From positions 1 through 64,000 of the forward strand of contig JAJDDG010000005.1 in NCBI GenBank assembly GCA_029260435.1: a stretch of DNA of 64,000 nt, written 5' to 3'. A model generated the notes under the pieces. The model ran no database searches and was not told where the DNA came from. It worked only from the letters and a program-made list of their open reading frames with translations. The DNA comes from Phycisphaerales bacterium (GTDB lineage Bacteria > Planctomycetota > Phycisphaerae > Phycisphaerales > UBA1924). Positions 20,295 to 30,560 of the stretch are shown piece after piece. Position 1 is the first letter of the stretch; every line of letters starts with the position of its first letter. A program made the translations under genes and the position numbers.

Positions 20295-21854
20295 TCAGTT
20301 GCCCGCGTTGACGGTCCGCCGTTTGGGAGAGCCGGGAGGAGGGGGCGGCATCAGCGAGTTGTCGATCTCGTCCACAACCTGTTCCTCGAACTGCCGGATC
20401 CATGCCAGCGGGATTTTGTTCGGCTTCTCGTTCGTGATGATCGAAAAAATCGCGGTCCGCCCGCTCTGCGGGTTCGTCACATACCCGCTCATCGCCGACA
20501 CGCCCGTCAGGTACCCGGTCTTTGCCCGCACCTTGCACCCCAGATCAATCTTCTTGAACCGCTTGCGGAGCGTTCCTTCGCTATTCCCCGCTGCCGCCAG
20601 CGATCCGAGGAACACTTCCCGCATCTGCGCATCCTGGTGCACCGCCCGCAGCCATTCGGCGATCAGCCTCGGTGTCACCCGGTTCTCGCGGCTCATCCCC
20701 GAGCCATCCGCGACGATGATCCCCTGCCCCGTCGCCGTCCCGAGGCGCTCCAGCAGGATCATCCGCATCACCGCGGCGCCGTTCGCCCACGACCCCGGCG
20801 CCCCCGTGATTTTGTTGCCGATCCCCTTGAGCAGGCACTCGGCGTAGAGGTTGTACGAATCCGCGTTGCACCGCTCGAGCACCGTCGCGATCGACGTCCG
20901 GACAACATGTACCGGCTTGCCCACCGCCACATCCTCGTCCAGCCCCGCGAGGCGGAAGCCCGAGGGCTCGATCCCCGCCTGTTTCATCCGGTCACTTAGA
21001 AGATGCGCAAAGTGAGTCGGCGAGTCGTGCAGCGTCACATCAACCGGATCGGTGGACCAGCGTACGCGCCCGTTGATCGTGATTTTATTCGTCTCGAAAT
21101 CGCGTGCCGCCCACGCCGTGTGCTTGCCGGTATCCACGGATGTCGCCCGGTTCCGCGTGTCGAGCCACGGCGCGGGGGGGGCCAGGCGCAGACGAGGTGC
21201 CTCGCCCGGCGCGTTCGGGTAGGTGTACACCGACACATAATTCGTGTGAAAATTCAGACCGGCCACCTCGCAGCAGTACCACCGGTTGAGCTGCTCGCGC
21301 GGCCACGTCGGGTGCACGCGCTGCGTGTCGAAGATCCGGTCGTCAACGATCAGCTCCGCGCCAGCAGGCACGCCCGCCTCAACCAGCGCGTCCACCCAGA
21401 TCTTGAGCACGTCGTCCGGGTCCAGCCCCATCTTGTGCAGCAGTTTCGGATCGCCGAACGCCGGATCCCCCGACCCGGTTACGACCACCGTGTTCGTCGC
21501 CTCGTCGTAGGAGAGCGTTGTCTCGTACTCATACTCCGCCCCGAACACCGCGAGCGCCGCGGCAGAGGTCAGCAGCTTCATGTTCGACGCCGGGATCATC
21601 TGCTCGTCCGCGTCAGCGCTCTGCCCGCCCTCCGCGAGCACCATCCCGCTCCCCGCATCGATCACGATGTACCCGATCTTGCAATTCGCCCCGCTCAGGC
21701 GCCCCGACGAGAGCAGCCCCTCAATCTCAATGTCCAGCTGCGCAAGCGCACCGGAGCAGACAGTGACCAACAAGGCGATGGCGACAACAAACAGGCGGGC
21801 TCGGCGCAAGGCTTGCTCCTCGGCTTCGGGTTCGGCTTCTTTCACACGGACCAT
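20295..21854 (-). CDS. dacB: D-alanyl-D-alanine carboxypeptidase/endopeptidase (PBP4, peptidase S13)
   Basis: ASNMK (SxxK) active site; the start could be 21920 or the internal Met at 21854, which precedes a signal/TM segment. Confidence 0.8.
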   Translation of the reverse strand: MVRVKEAEPEAEEQALRRARLFVVAIALLVTVCSGALAQLDIEIEGLLSSGRLSGANCKIGYIVIDAGSGMVLAEGGQSADADEQMIPASNMKLLTSAAALAVFGAEYEYETTLSYDEATNTVVVTGSGDPAFGDPKLLHKMGLDPDDVLKIWVDALVEAGVPAGAELIVDDRIFDTQRVHPTWPREQLNRWYCCEVAGLNFHTNYVSVYTYPNAPGEAPRLRLAPPAPWLDTRNRATSVDTGKHTAWAARDFETNKITINGRVRWSTDPVDVTLHDSPTHFAHLLSDRMKQAGIEPSGFRLAGLDEDVAVGKPVHVVRTSIATVLERCNADSYNLYAECLLKGIGNKITGAPGSWANGAAVMRMILLERLGTATGQGIIVADGSGMSRENRVTPRLIAEWLRAVHQDAQMREVFLGSLAAAGNSEGTLRKRFKKIDLGCKVRAKTGYLTGVSAMSGYVTNPQSGRTAIFSIITNEKPNKIPLAWIRQFEEQVVDEIDNSLMPPPPPGSPKRRTVNAGN

Positions 21855-22002
21855 ACCCGCCAGACGCGGCGCGGTCGCGGGATCATTGTGGTATCGGGGC
21901 ACCGGCCCCGCCCGCTCCACCCATCGCCTCCCGCCCGATGCCCGCTACACTGCCCCCCGCAATAGAGCCCCCGAAACCCGGAAGATAGGCAACCCAAGAC
22001 CA

Positions 22003-22368
22003 ATGTCAGAAGCCAAGCCACAGATCACGTTCGAAGACTTCGCCAAGGTAGACCTCCGCGTCGCCCGCATCGTCGAAGCCGAGGCCCACCCCAACGCCGA
22101 CCGCCTGCTCAAGCTCCAGCTCGACGACGGCTCGGGCGAGACCCGCCAGATCTGCGCCGGCATCAAGGGGTACTACGATCCCGCCGACCTCGTCGGCAAA
22201 CAGATCGTCATCGTTGCCAATCTCGCCCTACGCAAAATCCGTGGCGAGGAATCCCGAGGCATGCTCCTCGCCGGCTCCGACGCCCCCAAGGATGGCTCCG
22301 AGGGCGAACGCAACGTCGTCCTGCTCTCCCCCATGAGCGAACTGCCCACCGGCTCCATCGTCAGCTAA
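22003..22368 (+). CDS. csaA: tRNA-binding protein (CsaA/Trbp111 family, MetRS C-terminal-like OB fold)
   Basis: ATG at 22003. [29 protein letters not shown]...KQIVIVANL is a Trbp111 signature. Confidence 0.8.
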   Translation: MSEAKPQITFEDFAKVDLRVARIVEAEAHPNADRLLKLQLDDGSGETRQICAGIKGYYDPADLVGKQIVIVANLALRKIRGEESRGMLLAGSDAPKDGSEGERNVVLLSPMSELPTGSIVS

Positions 22369-22397
22369 CCCCCCCACACCCTCGCGTGCTAAATCAG

Positions 22398-22532
22398 GGT
22401 GCCACGCCTTGGCCCGAAAGGCAAGGCGTGCTCTTATCAATTTTGGGGTGGCATGCTCACGCTTCAGCGCGAGCATGTCTTCTCTCCGTTCATCATCCCC
22501 GTGCCACTGACCCGTCCTCGGGTCAGTGCTCT
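22398..22532. repeat. composite REP-like element (family 2 hairpin GGTGCCACGCCTTGGCCCGAAAGGCAAGGCGTGCTC plus a family 1 hairpin)
   Basis: The same two-hairpin arrangement recurs at 41094..41173. Confidence 0.75.
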
Positions 22533-23053
22533 CCCTCTTCTTCCCTCTGTTCTATCGCCTCGCGCACCGCGATCTCTTGGCGCACATGTTTCTCCGGCAG
22601 CCAGATCGAGATGCCGCCCGCCTCGATGCGCACCCGCCCCAGCGCCGCATCCTCGATCGTCATCACTTCCCCCCACGGGATCGAAATTGCTGGCGTGCCA
22701 AACGCGAATAGCGGGTGCAGCGACAGGTGCAGAAATTCATCGTCCGCCCGACACACAATCGCGTTGTTGTACTTGAGCCACCACCAGCGCATCGAGAGCG
22801 ATGTCATTTTGTCCGACGGCGCACCACCTGCCGCCTTCGCTCCCGGGTACCGCTTCGCGAGCCGCCGCCACCCGGTGATGAGCGAAACAGGGAACATCAC
22901 GACCGGCGCGATCACGAACGGCACCACCGCGACCCCTGCGGTCGCAAGCAGCCCGACCATCGGGCTGACCCGCACTGTGACGATGGTCCCGATGACAATC
23001 GATTCGATCAGGATGATCGTGAAGATCAGGATTGATAGGGTGCGCTGTGTCAT
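22523..23053 (-). CDS. hypothetical membrane protein (two TM helices plus a soluble domain, bacterial PH-like)
   Basis: Hydrophobic N-terminus. Located immediately downstream of uvrA on the same strand. Confidence 0.45.
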   Translation of the reverse strand: MTQRTLSILIFTIILIESIVIGTIVTVRVSPMVGLLATAGVAVVPFVIAPVVMFPVSLITGWRRLAKRYPGAKAAGGAPSDKMTSLSMRWWWLKYNNAIVCRADDEFLHLSLHPLFAFGTPAISIPWGEVMTIEDAALGRVRIEAGGISIWLPEKHVRQEIAVREAIEQREEEGEH

Positions 23054-23079
23054 CGCCTACTCGTTATTCGGGATCCGCC

Positions 23080-26000
23080 TCACAGGATATCGCGCAGGAA
23101 TTTCCCCGTGAACGATGTCTTGTGCTTCGCCACCTGCTCGGGTGTGCCGTTCGCGACGACCATCCCGCCCTTGTCGCCACCCTCGGGCCCGAGATCGATG
23201 ATCCAGTCCGCCCGCTTGATCACGTCCAGGTTGTGCTCGATCACCACAAGCGAGTTCCCCTGATCCGCTAATCGATCCAGAACCTCCGTCAGCTTGCGCA
23301 CGTCCTCAAAATGCAGCCCCGTTGTCGGCTCATCCAGCACGTACAGCGTGTGCCCCGTCGAGCCCTTGCCCAGTTCCGTCGCGAGCTTCACGCGTTGCGC
23401 TTCGCCGCCCGACAGAGTTGTAGAGGGCTGCCCGAGTTTGATGTACCCGAGCCCGACATCCCGCAGACATTCGGCGAACCGCGCGATCTTCGGGTGGCTC
23501 TCGAAAAACCCGCACGCCTCCTCCACCGTCAGATCCAGCACCTGCGCGATTGTTTTCCCGCGGTAATCGATCTCCAGCGTCTCGCGGTTGTACCGCGCGC
23601 CCCGGCACACCTCGCACTCCACGAACACATCGGGCAGGAAGTGCATCTCGATCTTCTTCACACCCTGCCCCGTGCAAGCCTCGCACCGACCGCCCTTCAC
23701 ATTAAACGAGAACCGCCCCACCTGGTACCCGCGGATCCGCGATTCCTTTGTCGCCGCAAATACCTTCCGCACATCGTCGAATAGCCCGGTGTACGTCGCT
23801 GCATTCGAGCGCGGTGTCCTCCCGATCGGCGACTGGTCCACCTCGATAATCCTGTCGATGTGGTGCGCACCGTTGATGCGCGAGTGCGCGCCGGGCTTCA
23901 CCCGCGTGCCCGTCACCGCTTTGCGCACCGCCGCGAGCAGGATGTCGTTCACGAGCGTGCTCTTGCCAGATCCGGACACACCCGTCACACAGACAATCCC
24001 GCCCACCGGGAACGCCGCGTCCACGTTCTTCAGGTTGTTCTCGCTCGCCCCCTTCACTGTCACAGCCTTCTTCGCGTCCAGCTTCCGGCGCGTGCCCGGG
24101 ATCTCGATCCGCCTCTCGCCCGACAGGTACGACCCCGTCAGCGACTCGGGCACCGCGCACAACTCCGCGATCGTCCCCTGCGCAACAACCTCCCCGCCGT
24201 GCACACCCGGGCCCGGCCCGATGTCCACCACATGATCCGCCGCCGCGATCATGTCCGCGTCGTGCTCCACCACGATCACCGTATTGCCGATATCCGCGAG
24301 ATGCCGCAGCGTCTCGATCAACCGGTGGTTGTCCCGCTGGTGCAGCCCGATGGTCGGCTCGTCGAGCACGTAGCACGCGCCGACCAGCCCCGAGCCCACC
24401 TGCGTCGCCAGGCGGATCCGCTGTGCCTCGCCACCCGAGAGTGTCGCCGTTTTGCGCGACAGACTCAGATACCCGAGCCCCACAGATTGCAGGAACCCCA
24501 GGCGTGCGCGCACCTCTTTGAGAATCGGTTCGGCGATCCGCCGGTGCTCCTTCGTGAGCACGACCGAATCCATCACCCGCAGCGCGTGCTCGATGTCGAG
24601 CCTCGTGAAATCCGAGATGTTGAACCGATGGGGCGACGGATCGAGCCCGTGGCGCCGCCTCGGCTCGATCGCTTCGTCCGCGAGCGCCTCGTCGGTGCGC
24701 ATCATCACCGCGAGCGATTCGATCCGCAGGCGATCCCCCTCGCACGTCGGGCAGGGCGTCTGCGACATAAACGTAGACAGCCACTCCTTCACGCTGTCGT
24801 TCTCGGTCGAGCCCCACCAGGAAATAATATTGGGCAGCACGCCCTCGAACTTGCCCTTGTATTTTTTCTGATCGTCCTTCGTCAGCCCGTAGAGCAGGAT
24901 CCGGCGCTGCTCCGCGCTCATCCGGTTCACCGGTGCGCTGTACGAAAACCCGACCATTTTGCAGTACCGCTTGAGCTTCCGGTTGAACCACGCCCGCACC
25001 GGCCCGTTCTTGTTCCACGCCGCGATCGCCCCGCTGCTCAGCGATTCCGATTCGTTCGGGATCACGAGCGACTCGTCGAACTCCATCAGGTTCCCCAGAC
25101 CGTCGCATTGCCTGCACGCGCCGAACGGCGAGTTGAACGAAAAAATCCGCGGCTCAAGCTCCTCCAGCGCGCACTCCGGGTGCGCCGCGCACGCGTACTT
25201 CTCCGAGTACGTCGTCTCGCTCCAATCCTTGTCCTTCCCCTCGACCGCGATCACCACAGTCCCCTCCGCGATCCGCAGCGCCGTCTCCACCGACTCCGCG
25301 AGGCGCTGCCTCGACTCGGGTTTCACCACAACCCGGTCCACCACCGCCTCGATCGTGTGCTTCTCGTAGCGCCCGAGCCCGAGCGGGTTCTCCCCGCCCT
25401 CCTTCAGCGCATCATGCACGTCCACCACATCCCCGTTCACCCGCGCCCGCACAAACCCCTCGCGCTGCAGCCCCTCCAGCACCTCCTTGTGATGCCCCTT
25501 CTTCGCGCGCACCAGTGGTGCAAGCACCATCAGCCGCGTCCCGTCCCCCATCGACGCGACATGATCCGTGATCTGCGTCGGATCAGAAGACGAAATCTCT
25601 TCCCCGCACCGCGCCGTGACCCGCCCGCCCTTCTTCGTCTTCGTCTGGTGCCAGCACGTCGGCGTGCCGCACCGCGCGAACAACAGCCGCAGGTAGTCGT
25701 AGATCTCCGTGCTCGTCGCAACAGTCGAACGCGGGTTGTGCCCGCTCGACCGCTGCTCGATCGCGATCGTCGGCGGGAGCCCTTCAATGGACTCCACATC
25801 CGGCTTCTTCATCTGGTCGAGGAACTGCCGCGCATACGCCGACAGGCTCTCCATGTATTTCCGCTGCCCCTCCGCGAAGATCGTGTCGAACGCCAGCGAA
25901 CTTTTGCCCGACCCGCTCAGCCCTGTGACCACCACCAGCTTGTCCCGCGGGATATCCACATCCAGCGATTTGAGGTTGTGCTCCTTCGCCCCGCGCACCC

Positions 26001-26229
26001 GAATCACACGCAACGCCCCCCCGACGGATGCCGCGATCTTCTTCGCGCTCACCTTCCGCAAAACCTTCTTTGTTGTTTTCTTGGCGACCTTCTTGCTCAC
26101 CTTCTTATTCCGTGTGCGCGAAGGGGAGGGTGGGGGGGTGACGCGCTTCTTCTTGCTCACAACTCGTTTCGTCTTCCCTGGCACAGCCTGCTCTCTCCTC
26201 GTTCGCGCACCCCCCGCCGCAATCGCCAT
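23080..26229 (-). CDS. uvrA: excinuclease ABC subunit A with a lysine-rich N-terminal extension
   Basis: Two ABC modules and zinc-finger Cys clusters, full length. The start at 26229 is preferred over 26298 because it avoids overlap with the upstream gene. Residues ~20-90 are KKKR/VSKKVAKKTTKKVLRKVSAKK. Confidence 0.95.
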   Translation of the reverse strand: MAIAAGGARTRREQAVPGKTKRVVSKKKRVTPPPSPSRTRNKKVSKKVAKKTTKKVLRKVSAKKIAASVGGALRVIRVRGAKEHNLKSLDVDIPRDKLVVVTGLSGSGKSSLAFDTIFAEGQRKYMESLSAYARQFLDQMKKPDVESIEGLPPTIAIEQRSSGHNPRSTVATSTEIYDYLRLLFARCGTPTCWHQTKTKKGGRVTARCGEEISSSDPTQITDHVASMGDGTRLMVLAPLVRAKKGHHKEVLEGLQREGFVRARVNGDVVDVHDALKEGGENPLGLGRYEKHTIEAVVDRVVVKPESRQRLAESVETALRIAEGTVVIAVEGKDKDWSETTYSEKYACAAHPECALEELEPRIFSFNSPFGACRQCDGLGNLMEFDESLVIPNESESLSSGAIAAWNKNGPVRAWFNRKLKRYCKMVGFSYSAPVNRMSAEQRRILLYGLTKDDQKKYKGKFEGVLPNIISWWGSTENDSVKEWLSTFMSQTPCPTCEGDRLRIESLAVMMRTDEALADEAIEPRRRHGLDPSPHRFNISDFTRLDIEHALRVMDSVVLTKEHRRIAEPILKEVRARLGFLQSVGLGYLSLSRKTATLSGGEAQRIRLATQVGSGLVGACYVLDEPTIGLHQRDNHRLIETLRHLADIGNTVIVVEHDADMIAAADHVVDIGPGPGVHGGEVVAQGTIAELCAVPESLTGSYLSGERRIEIPGTRRKLDAKKAVTVKGASENNLKNVDAAFPVGGIVCVTGVSGSGKSTLVNDILLAAVRKAVTGTRVKPGAHSRINGAHHIDRIIEVDQSPIGRTPRSNAATYTGLFDDVRKVFAATKESRIRGYQVGRFSFNVKGGRCEACTGQGVKKIEMHFLPDVFVECEVCRGARYNRETLEIDYRGKTIAQVLDLTVEEACGFFESHPKIARFAECLRDVGLGYIKLGQPSTTLSGGEAQRVKLATELGKGSTGHTLYVLDEPTTGLHFEDVRKLTEVLDRLADQGNSLVVIEHNLDVIKRADWIIDLGPEGGDKGGMVVANGTPEQVAKHKTSFTGKFLRDIL

Positions 26230-26276
26230 GATAGCGCACCGAGAGCCACTTGGGTAGGTGGTTGTTTGGGGTCCGC

Positions 26277-26933
26277 CTATCGTCTCCGGATCAGACACCA
26301 GGGCTGATCGTTCACCACCACCCGGTGCCGCATCCGCTGGGCGCGAAGCCCGCGCTCAGCGCACGCCCTGCGGATCCACTTCAGCGAGTGGTAGATCAAT
26401 CCCCCCTCAGCAGATTCGTGCGATTTGCCGACCCACTCGTCCCCCCAGTAATCCCGACCCGCCAAGAGCCGCGTCGGGCGCCACGACGCCAGGAACACGC
26501 AATCGTCCGTCCCGTGCGCGACCACCGAATCGAGCATCTGCCCGATCTGACGCTTGCTCGCGTGCGACCAGATAGACCGCGCAATGAAATGCGTGAACCT
26601 CGTCGGCGCAAACGCCGAACAGTCGAACCGGTCGTTGTGGTCGAACCGCGGGTGTTTCAGCGCGTTCATCTCCGGCGTGAGGAACTCCGCGATCCCCTTC
26701 TCCACCATGTGCTCCATCGGCTCGAGCCCGCAGTAGTTGCCCGCATCAATGAGCGGGATGATCCACTTCCCCCCACGCAGGCACCCGCAGCCGAAATCGC
26801 ACACCGTCGAGGTCGGGACGAGCCCGTAGTCCAACAACGCCGCGAGCTGCTCGCGACCCGCGCGATCGAAGTCCTGAGGCGGCCCGCCCAGGAATGCAGC
26901 ATTGATCGGCTTGTCGTTCGTCGGGTCCGTCAT
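26277..26933 (-). CDS. class I SAM-dependent methyltransferase
   Basis: VCDFGCGCLRGG glycine-rich SAM motif; 218 aa; sits between uvrB and uvrA. Confidence 0.7.
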   Translation of the reverse strand: MTDPTNDKPINAAFLGGPPQDFDRAGREQLAALLDYGLVPTSTVCDFGCGCLRGGKWIIPLIDAGNYCGLEPMEHMVEKGIAEFLTPEMNALKHPRFDHNDRFDCSAFAPTRFTHFIARSIWSHASKRQIGQMLDSVVAHGTDDCVFLASWRPTRLLAGRDYWGDEWVGKSHESAEGGLIYHSLKWIRRACAERGLRAQRMRHRVVVNDQPWCLIRRR

Positions 26934-26958
26934 CGGTGCACAGAGTATCGACCACCGC

Positions 26959-29121
26959 TCACACCGGCTTGCGGGATTGTTTCCCGCTCTTACCCGTGAT
27001 CCCCGCTCGGCTGCGAGGCATCCCCGGCTTCTTCTTCCGGCTCAAGCCCACCACCTCGTCCAGCTCCGAGCGTTTCACGTGCCCGCCCTCGTCAAACAAC
27101 CCCGGGTTGTCCCGCAGAGCCGCGAGCTGATCCCGGAGCGTCGCCGCCTTCTCAAACTCCAAAGACTGCGCCGCTTTCAGCATCTCCTCTTCCAGCATCT
27201 CGAGCAGCTCGTCCCGGGCAAACGACGGCTCCTGATCCGCGCAGTTCTGCGCGACCGCCTCCCGCGCGGTCTTGCGTGCCTTCAGCTCGTCTTGGATCCC
27301 CGTCCGCACCGCCTTCACGATCGATTCGGGTGTGATCCCGTTCGCGCTGTTGTACGCCTCCTGCTTCGCCCGCCTCCGCTCCGTCTCGTCGATCGCGGTC
27401 TGCATCGCGGGCGTCATCGTGTCCGCGTACAGGAACACCTTCCCGCCGACGTGCCGCGCCGCGCGCCCGATCGTCTGCACGAGCGATGTCGCCGAGCGCA
27501 GGAACCCGGTCTTGTCCGCGTCGAGGATGCACACGAGCGACACCTCGGGCAGGTCCAGCCCCTCGCGCAAGAGGTTCACGCCAACCAGCACGTCAAACTC
27601 CCCGAGCCGAAGATCCCGCAGGATCTCCACCCGCTCGAGCGTGTCGATCTCCGAGTGCAGATACCGCACCTTCACCCCGTTGTCCCCGAGGTACGTCGTC
27701 AGATCCTCGCACAACCGCTTCGTCAGCGCCGTCACCAGCACGCGCTCGCCCCGCCCCGCGCGCTCCTTGCACTGCGCTAACAAATGCGGCACCTGCTCCG
27801 CTGCCGAATGAATCTCCAACTCCGGATCGAGCAAGCCCGTCGGGCGGATAATCTGCTCGACGATCTCACCACCCGTTCGCTCCATCTCATACGCCGCGGG
27901 CGTCGCGCTCACATACACACACTGCGGCACAACCTCCTCAAACTCCTCGAACGTCAGCGGCCTGTTATCCAAGGCGCTGGGCAGGCGGAACCCGTGCTGC
28001 ACCAGGGTCGTCTTCCGCGCTTTGTCCCCGTTGAACATCGCCCGCACCTGCGGGAGCGTCACGTGCGATTCATCGATAAACAGCGTCCACCCCGTCCCGC
28101 CGTGCATCTTCGCCGCAGGCCCGTGCTCGAAATAATCCAGCAGCGTGTACGGCTTCTCCCCCGGTGCCCGCCCGTCCAGATGCCGCGAATAATTCTCGAT
28201 CCCCGAGCAATATCCCACCTCCTTGATCATCTCCATGTCGTACTTCGTGCGCGCAAGCAGCCGCTGCGCTTCGAGCAGCTTCCCCTCGCTCCGCAGGTGC
28301 ATCACCTGCTTGTCCAGTTCCTCCTTGATCGACGCCACCGCCTCATCAAGCGACCCCTCCTCGGTCACGTAGTGCACCGCCGGGAACACGAAGAACATGC
28401 TCTCCTCAGCAAGAATCTCGCCCGTCAGCGGATCGATAAGCGAGATCCGTTCGATCTCATCGCCGAACAGCTCAACACGAACCGCGAACTGCTCGTACGC
28501 CGGGTACACATCGATCGTGTCCCCGCGCACCCGGTACTGCCCGCGCGCAAACTCCACCTCGTTCCGCTGGTACTGCATCTCCGCCAGCGCGAGCAGAAAT
28601 TCGTGCCGGTCAAGCTCCCGCCCCTTGGCGAGCGTGAATACCCGATCCTGATACGCCGTGGGCGAGCCCAGCCCGAAGATCGAGGACACCGAAGCAACAA
28701 CAATCGTGTCCTTCCGCGTGAGCAGGTTGCTTGTCGCCGCGAGCCGCAGCCGGTCCAGATCGTCGTTCCGCGAGGCGTCCTTCTCGATGTAGATATCCCG
28801 CTGCGGGATATACGCCTCGGGCTGGTAATAGTCGTAGTACGAAACAAAGAAGCTCACCGCGTTGTGCGGGAACAGATCCTTCATCTCCTCGTACAGCTGC
28901 GCCGCGAGTGTTTTGTTGTGCGACAGGATCAACGCCGGGCGCTGCAACTCCGCGATCACGTGCGCCATCGTGAACGTCTTGCCTGTCCCCGTCGCGCCCA
29001 GCAGATTCACCGCCCGATCCCCCGCGCGCAGCTTCTGAGCCATCGCCCGGATCGCCGCGGGCTGGTCCCCCTTGGGCGTGAGCGGGGAAACAATCTCAAA
29101 TGCTTTGTCTGTCTTCAGCAC
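26959..29121 (-). CDS. uvrB: excinuclease ABC subunit B with a basic C-terminal tail
   Basis: GATGTGKT Walker A, helicase motifs and a UvrB/UvrC interaction region. The final ~40 aa are K/R-rich. Confidence 0.95.
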   Translation of the reverse strand: MLKTDKAFEIVSPLTPKGDQPAAIRAMAQKLRAGDRAVNLLGATGTGKTFTMAHVIAELQRPALILSHNKTLAAQLYEEMKDLFPHNAVSFFVSYYDYYQPEAYIPQRDIYIEKDASRNDDLDRLRLAATSNLLTRKDTIVVASVSSIFGLGSPTAYQDRVFTLAKGRELDRHEFLLALAEMQYQRNEVEFARGQYRVRGDTIDVYPAYEQFAVRVELFGDEIERISLIDPLTGEILAEESMFFVFPAVHYVTEEGSLDEAVASIKEELDKQVMHLRSEGKLLEAQRLLARTKYDMEMIKEVGYCSGIENYSRHLDGRAPGEKPYTLLDYFEHGPAAKMHGGTGWTLFIDESHVTLPQVRAMFNGDKARKTTLVQHGFRLPSALDNRPLTFEEFEEVVPQCVYVSATPAAYEMERTGGEIVEQIIRPTGLLDPELEIHSAAEQVPHLLAQCKERAGRGERVLVTALTKRLCEDLTTYLGDNGVKVRYLHSEIDTLERVEILRDLRLGEFDVLVGVNLLREGLDLPEVSLVCILDADKTGFLRSATSLVQTIGRAARHVGGKVFLYADTMTPAMQTAIDETERRRAKQEAYNSANGITPESIVKAVRTGIQDELKARKTAREAVAQNCADQEPSFARDELLEMLEEEMLKAAQSLEFEKAATLRDQLAALRDNPGLFDEGGHVKRSELDEVVGLSRKKKPGMPRSRAGITGKSGKQSRKPV

Positions 29122-29149
29122 GCCGCGATTCTACGTGCCACATTTCCCT

Positions 29150-29258
29150 GTGCCACTGACCTCCCCGAAGGGAAGGTCAGTGCTCTTCTCCCTACATCTT
29201 CCGTGTGGCATATCCACGCTGCAGCGCCGGGTGCCACTGGCGGCTTGTCCGCCAGTGC
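29150..29258. repeat. adjacent family 1 and family 3 (GGGTGCCACTGGCGGCTTGTCCGCCAGTGCC) palindromes in the uvrB/permease divergent intergenic region
   Basis: Two perfect hairpins 45 nt apart. Family 3 is also the head of the 230-bp element. Confidence 0.8.
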
Positions 29259-29303
29259 CAGATCCCTGCTGCCTTTGGTCCCCCCGCCTATCATCCCCTC
29301 CCC

Positions 29304-30419
29304 ATGCCATTCCTCGAAAACCTTATCGAAGTCTTCCTCGACGCCGCACCCTGGCTCGTCATCGGGCTCGCCGCCGCTGGCATCGTCCGCGCCCTCGTCC
29401 CCGACGCCCTTGTCGCCCGCCTGTTGGGTGGACGCGGCCCCAAACGCTCCCTCCTCGCCGCCCTCATCGGCACACCCCTCCCCCTCTGTTCCTGCTCCGT
29501 GCTCCCCGTCGCCGTCGGGCTCCGCAGACAGGGCGCAGGCAAGGGACCAACCGCGAGCTTCCTGATCTCCACTCCGGAAAACGGCGCCGATTCCATCGCC
29601 CTGTCCTACGCCCTGCTGGGCCCGGTCATGGCAATCGCCCGTCCCGCCGCCGCGATCATTACCGCCCTCACCGCCGGGCTGCTTGTCGATGCCGTCGAAA
29701 AAGACGATCCCCCCGCGCCCGCCCCCGAGCCGAGCGATCCCGAACCCGATCCATCCTGTTGCTCGCACACCCCCCCACACCCCGCACCATCCATCCCCCT
29801 CATCGCCCGCCTCGTCGATTCGCAGCGCTACGCCTTCACCAGCCTCCTCTCCACGATCATGGGGTGGCTCTTCCTCGGGCTCGTCGTCGCCGCCGCGATC
29901 AACACATTCGTCTCGCACGACGCCCTCGCCCAATGGGGACAGGGCGCCACCGGCATGCTCGTCATGCTCGTCGTGGGAGTCCCCGTCTACATCTGCGCCA
30001 CCGCCAGCACCCCCGTCGCCGCCGCGCTCATCACCGCGGGCGTCTCACCCGGCGCAGCGCTCGTCTTCCTCCTCGCCGGACCCGCGACAAACCTCGGCTC
30101 CCTCGCCATCGTCCGCAAGGAGATCGGCTCCAAAGGGCTCGTCGCCTACCTCGCCTCGATCGCATTCTGCTCCCTCGCCGCCGGCTTCGCGCTCGACGCA
30201 CTCGCCGGCGCAATGCAATGGGACATGGTCACCCAGGCAGCGCACGCCCACCACATCATCCCCCTCGAACTCCAGTGGGCCGCCCTCGCCATCCTCGCGA
30301 TCTGCGCCGGCGCAGCACTCGGCGAAAAACTTCGCGCACGATTCGTCAAGCCCGACGCTCAACCTGCGGGATGCGGGTGCGCACCAAAGCCAGACAAACC
30401 CTCCTGCGGCTGCCACTGA
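29304..30419 (+). CDS. permease (DUF318 / SO_0444-type putative metal transporter) with a Cys-rich C-terminus
   Basis: ATG at 29304. LPLCSCSVLPVAVGL motif repeated in both halves. C-terminal CGCAPKPDKPSCGCH. Confidence 0.75.
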   Translation: MPFLENLIEVFLDAAPWLVIGLAAAGIVRALVPDALVARLLGGRGPKRSLLAALIGTPLPLCSCSVLPVAVGLRRQGAGKGPTASFLISTPENGADSIALSYALLGPVMAIARPAAAIITALTAGLLVDAVEKDDPPAPAPEPSDPEPDPSCCSHTPPHPAPSIPLIARLVDSQRYAFTSLLSTIMGWLFLGLVVAAAINTFVSHDALAQWGQGATGMLVMLVVGVPVYICATASTPVAAALITAGVSPGAALVFLLAGPATNLGSLAIVRKEIGSKGLVAYLASIAFCSLAAGFALDALAGAMQWDMVTQAAHAHHIIPLELQWAALAILAICAGAALGEKLRARFVKPDAQPAGCGCAPKPDKPSCGCH

Positions 30420-30560
30420 CTCCGCGGGTGCCGTGGTATACGTCGCAGGCGTAAACCACGATCTCTCAACGGGTGCTCTTTCTTCTACCCCTCTCTCCTG
30501 TCGAGGACACGCCGAAGGCGTGCCGCAGATCCGCCGAAGGCGGGATGCCCGGTATCTCTC

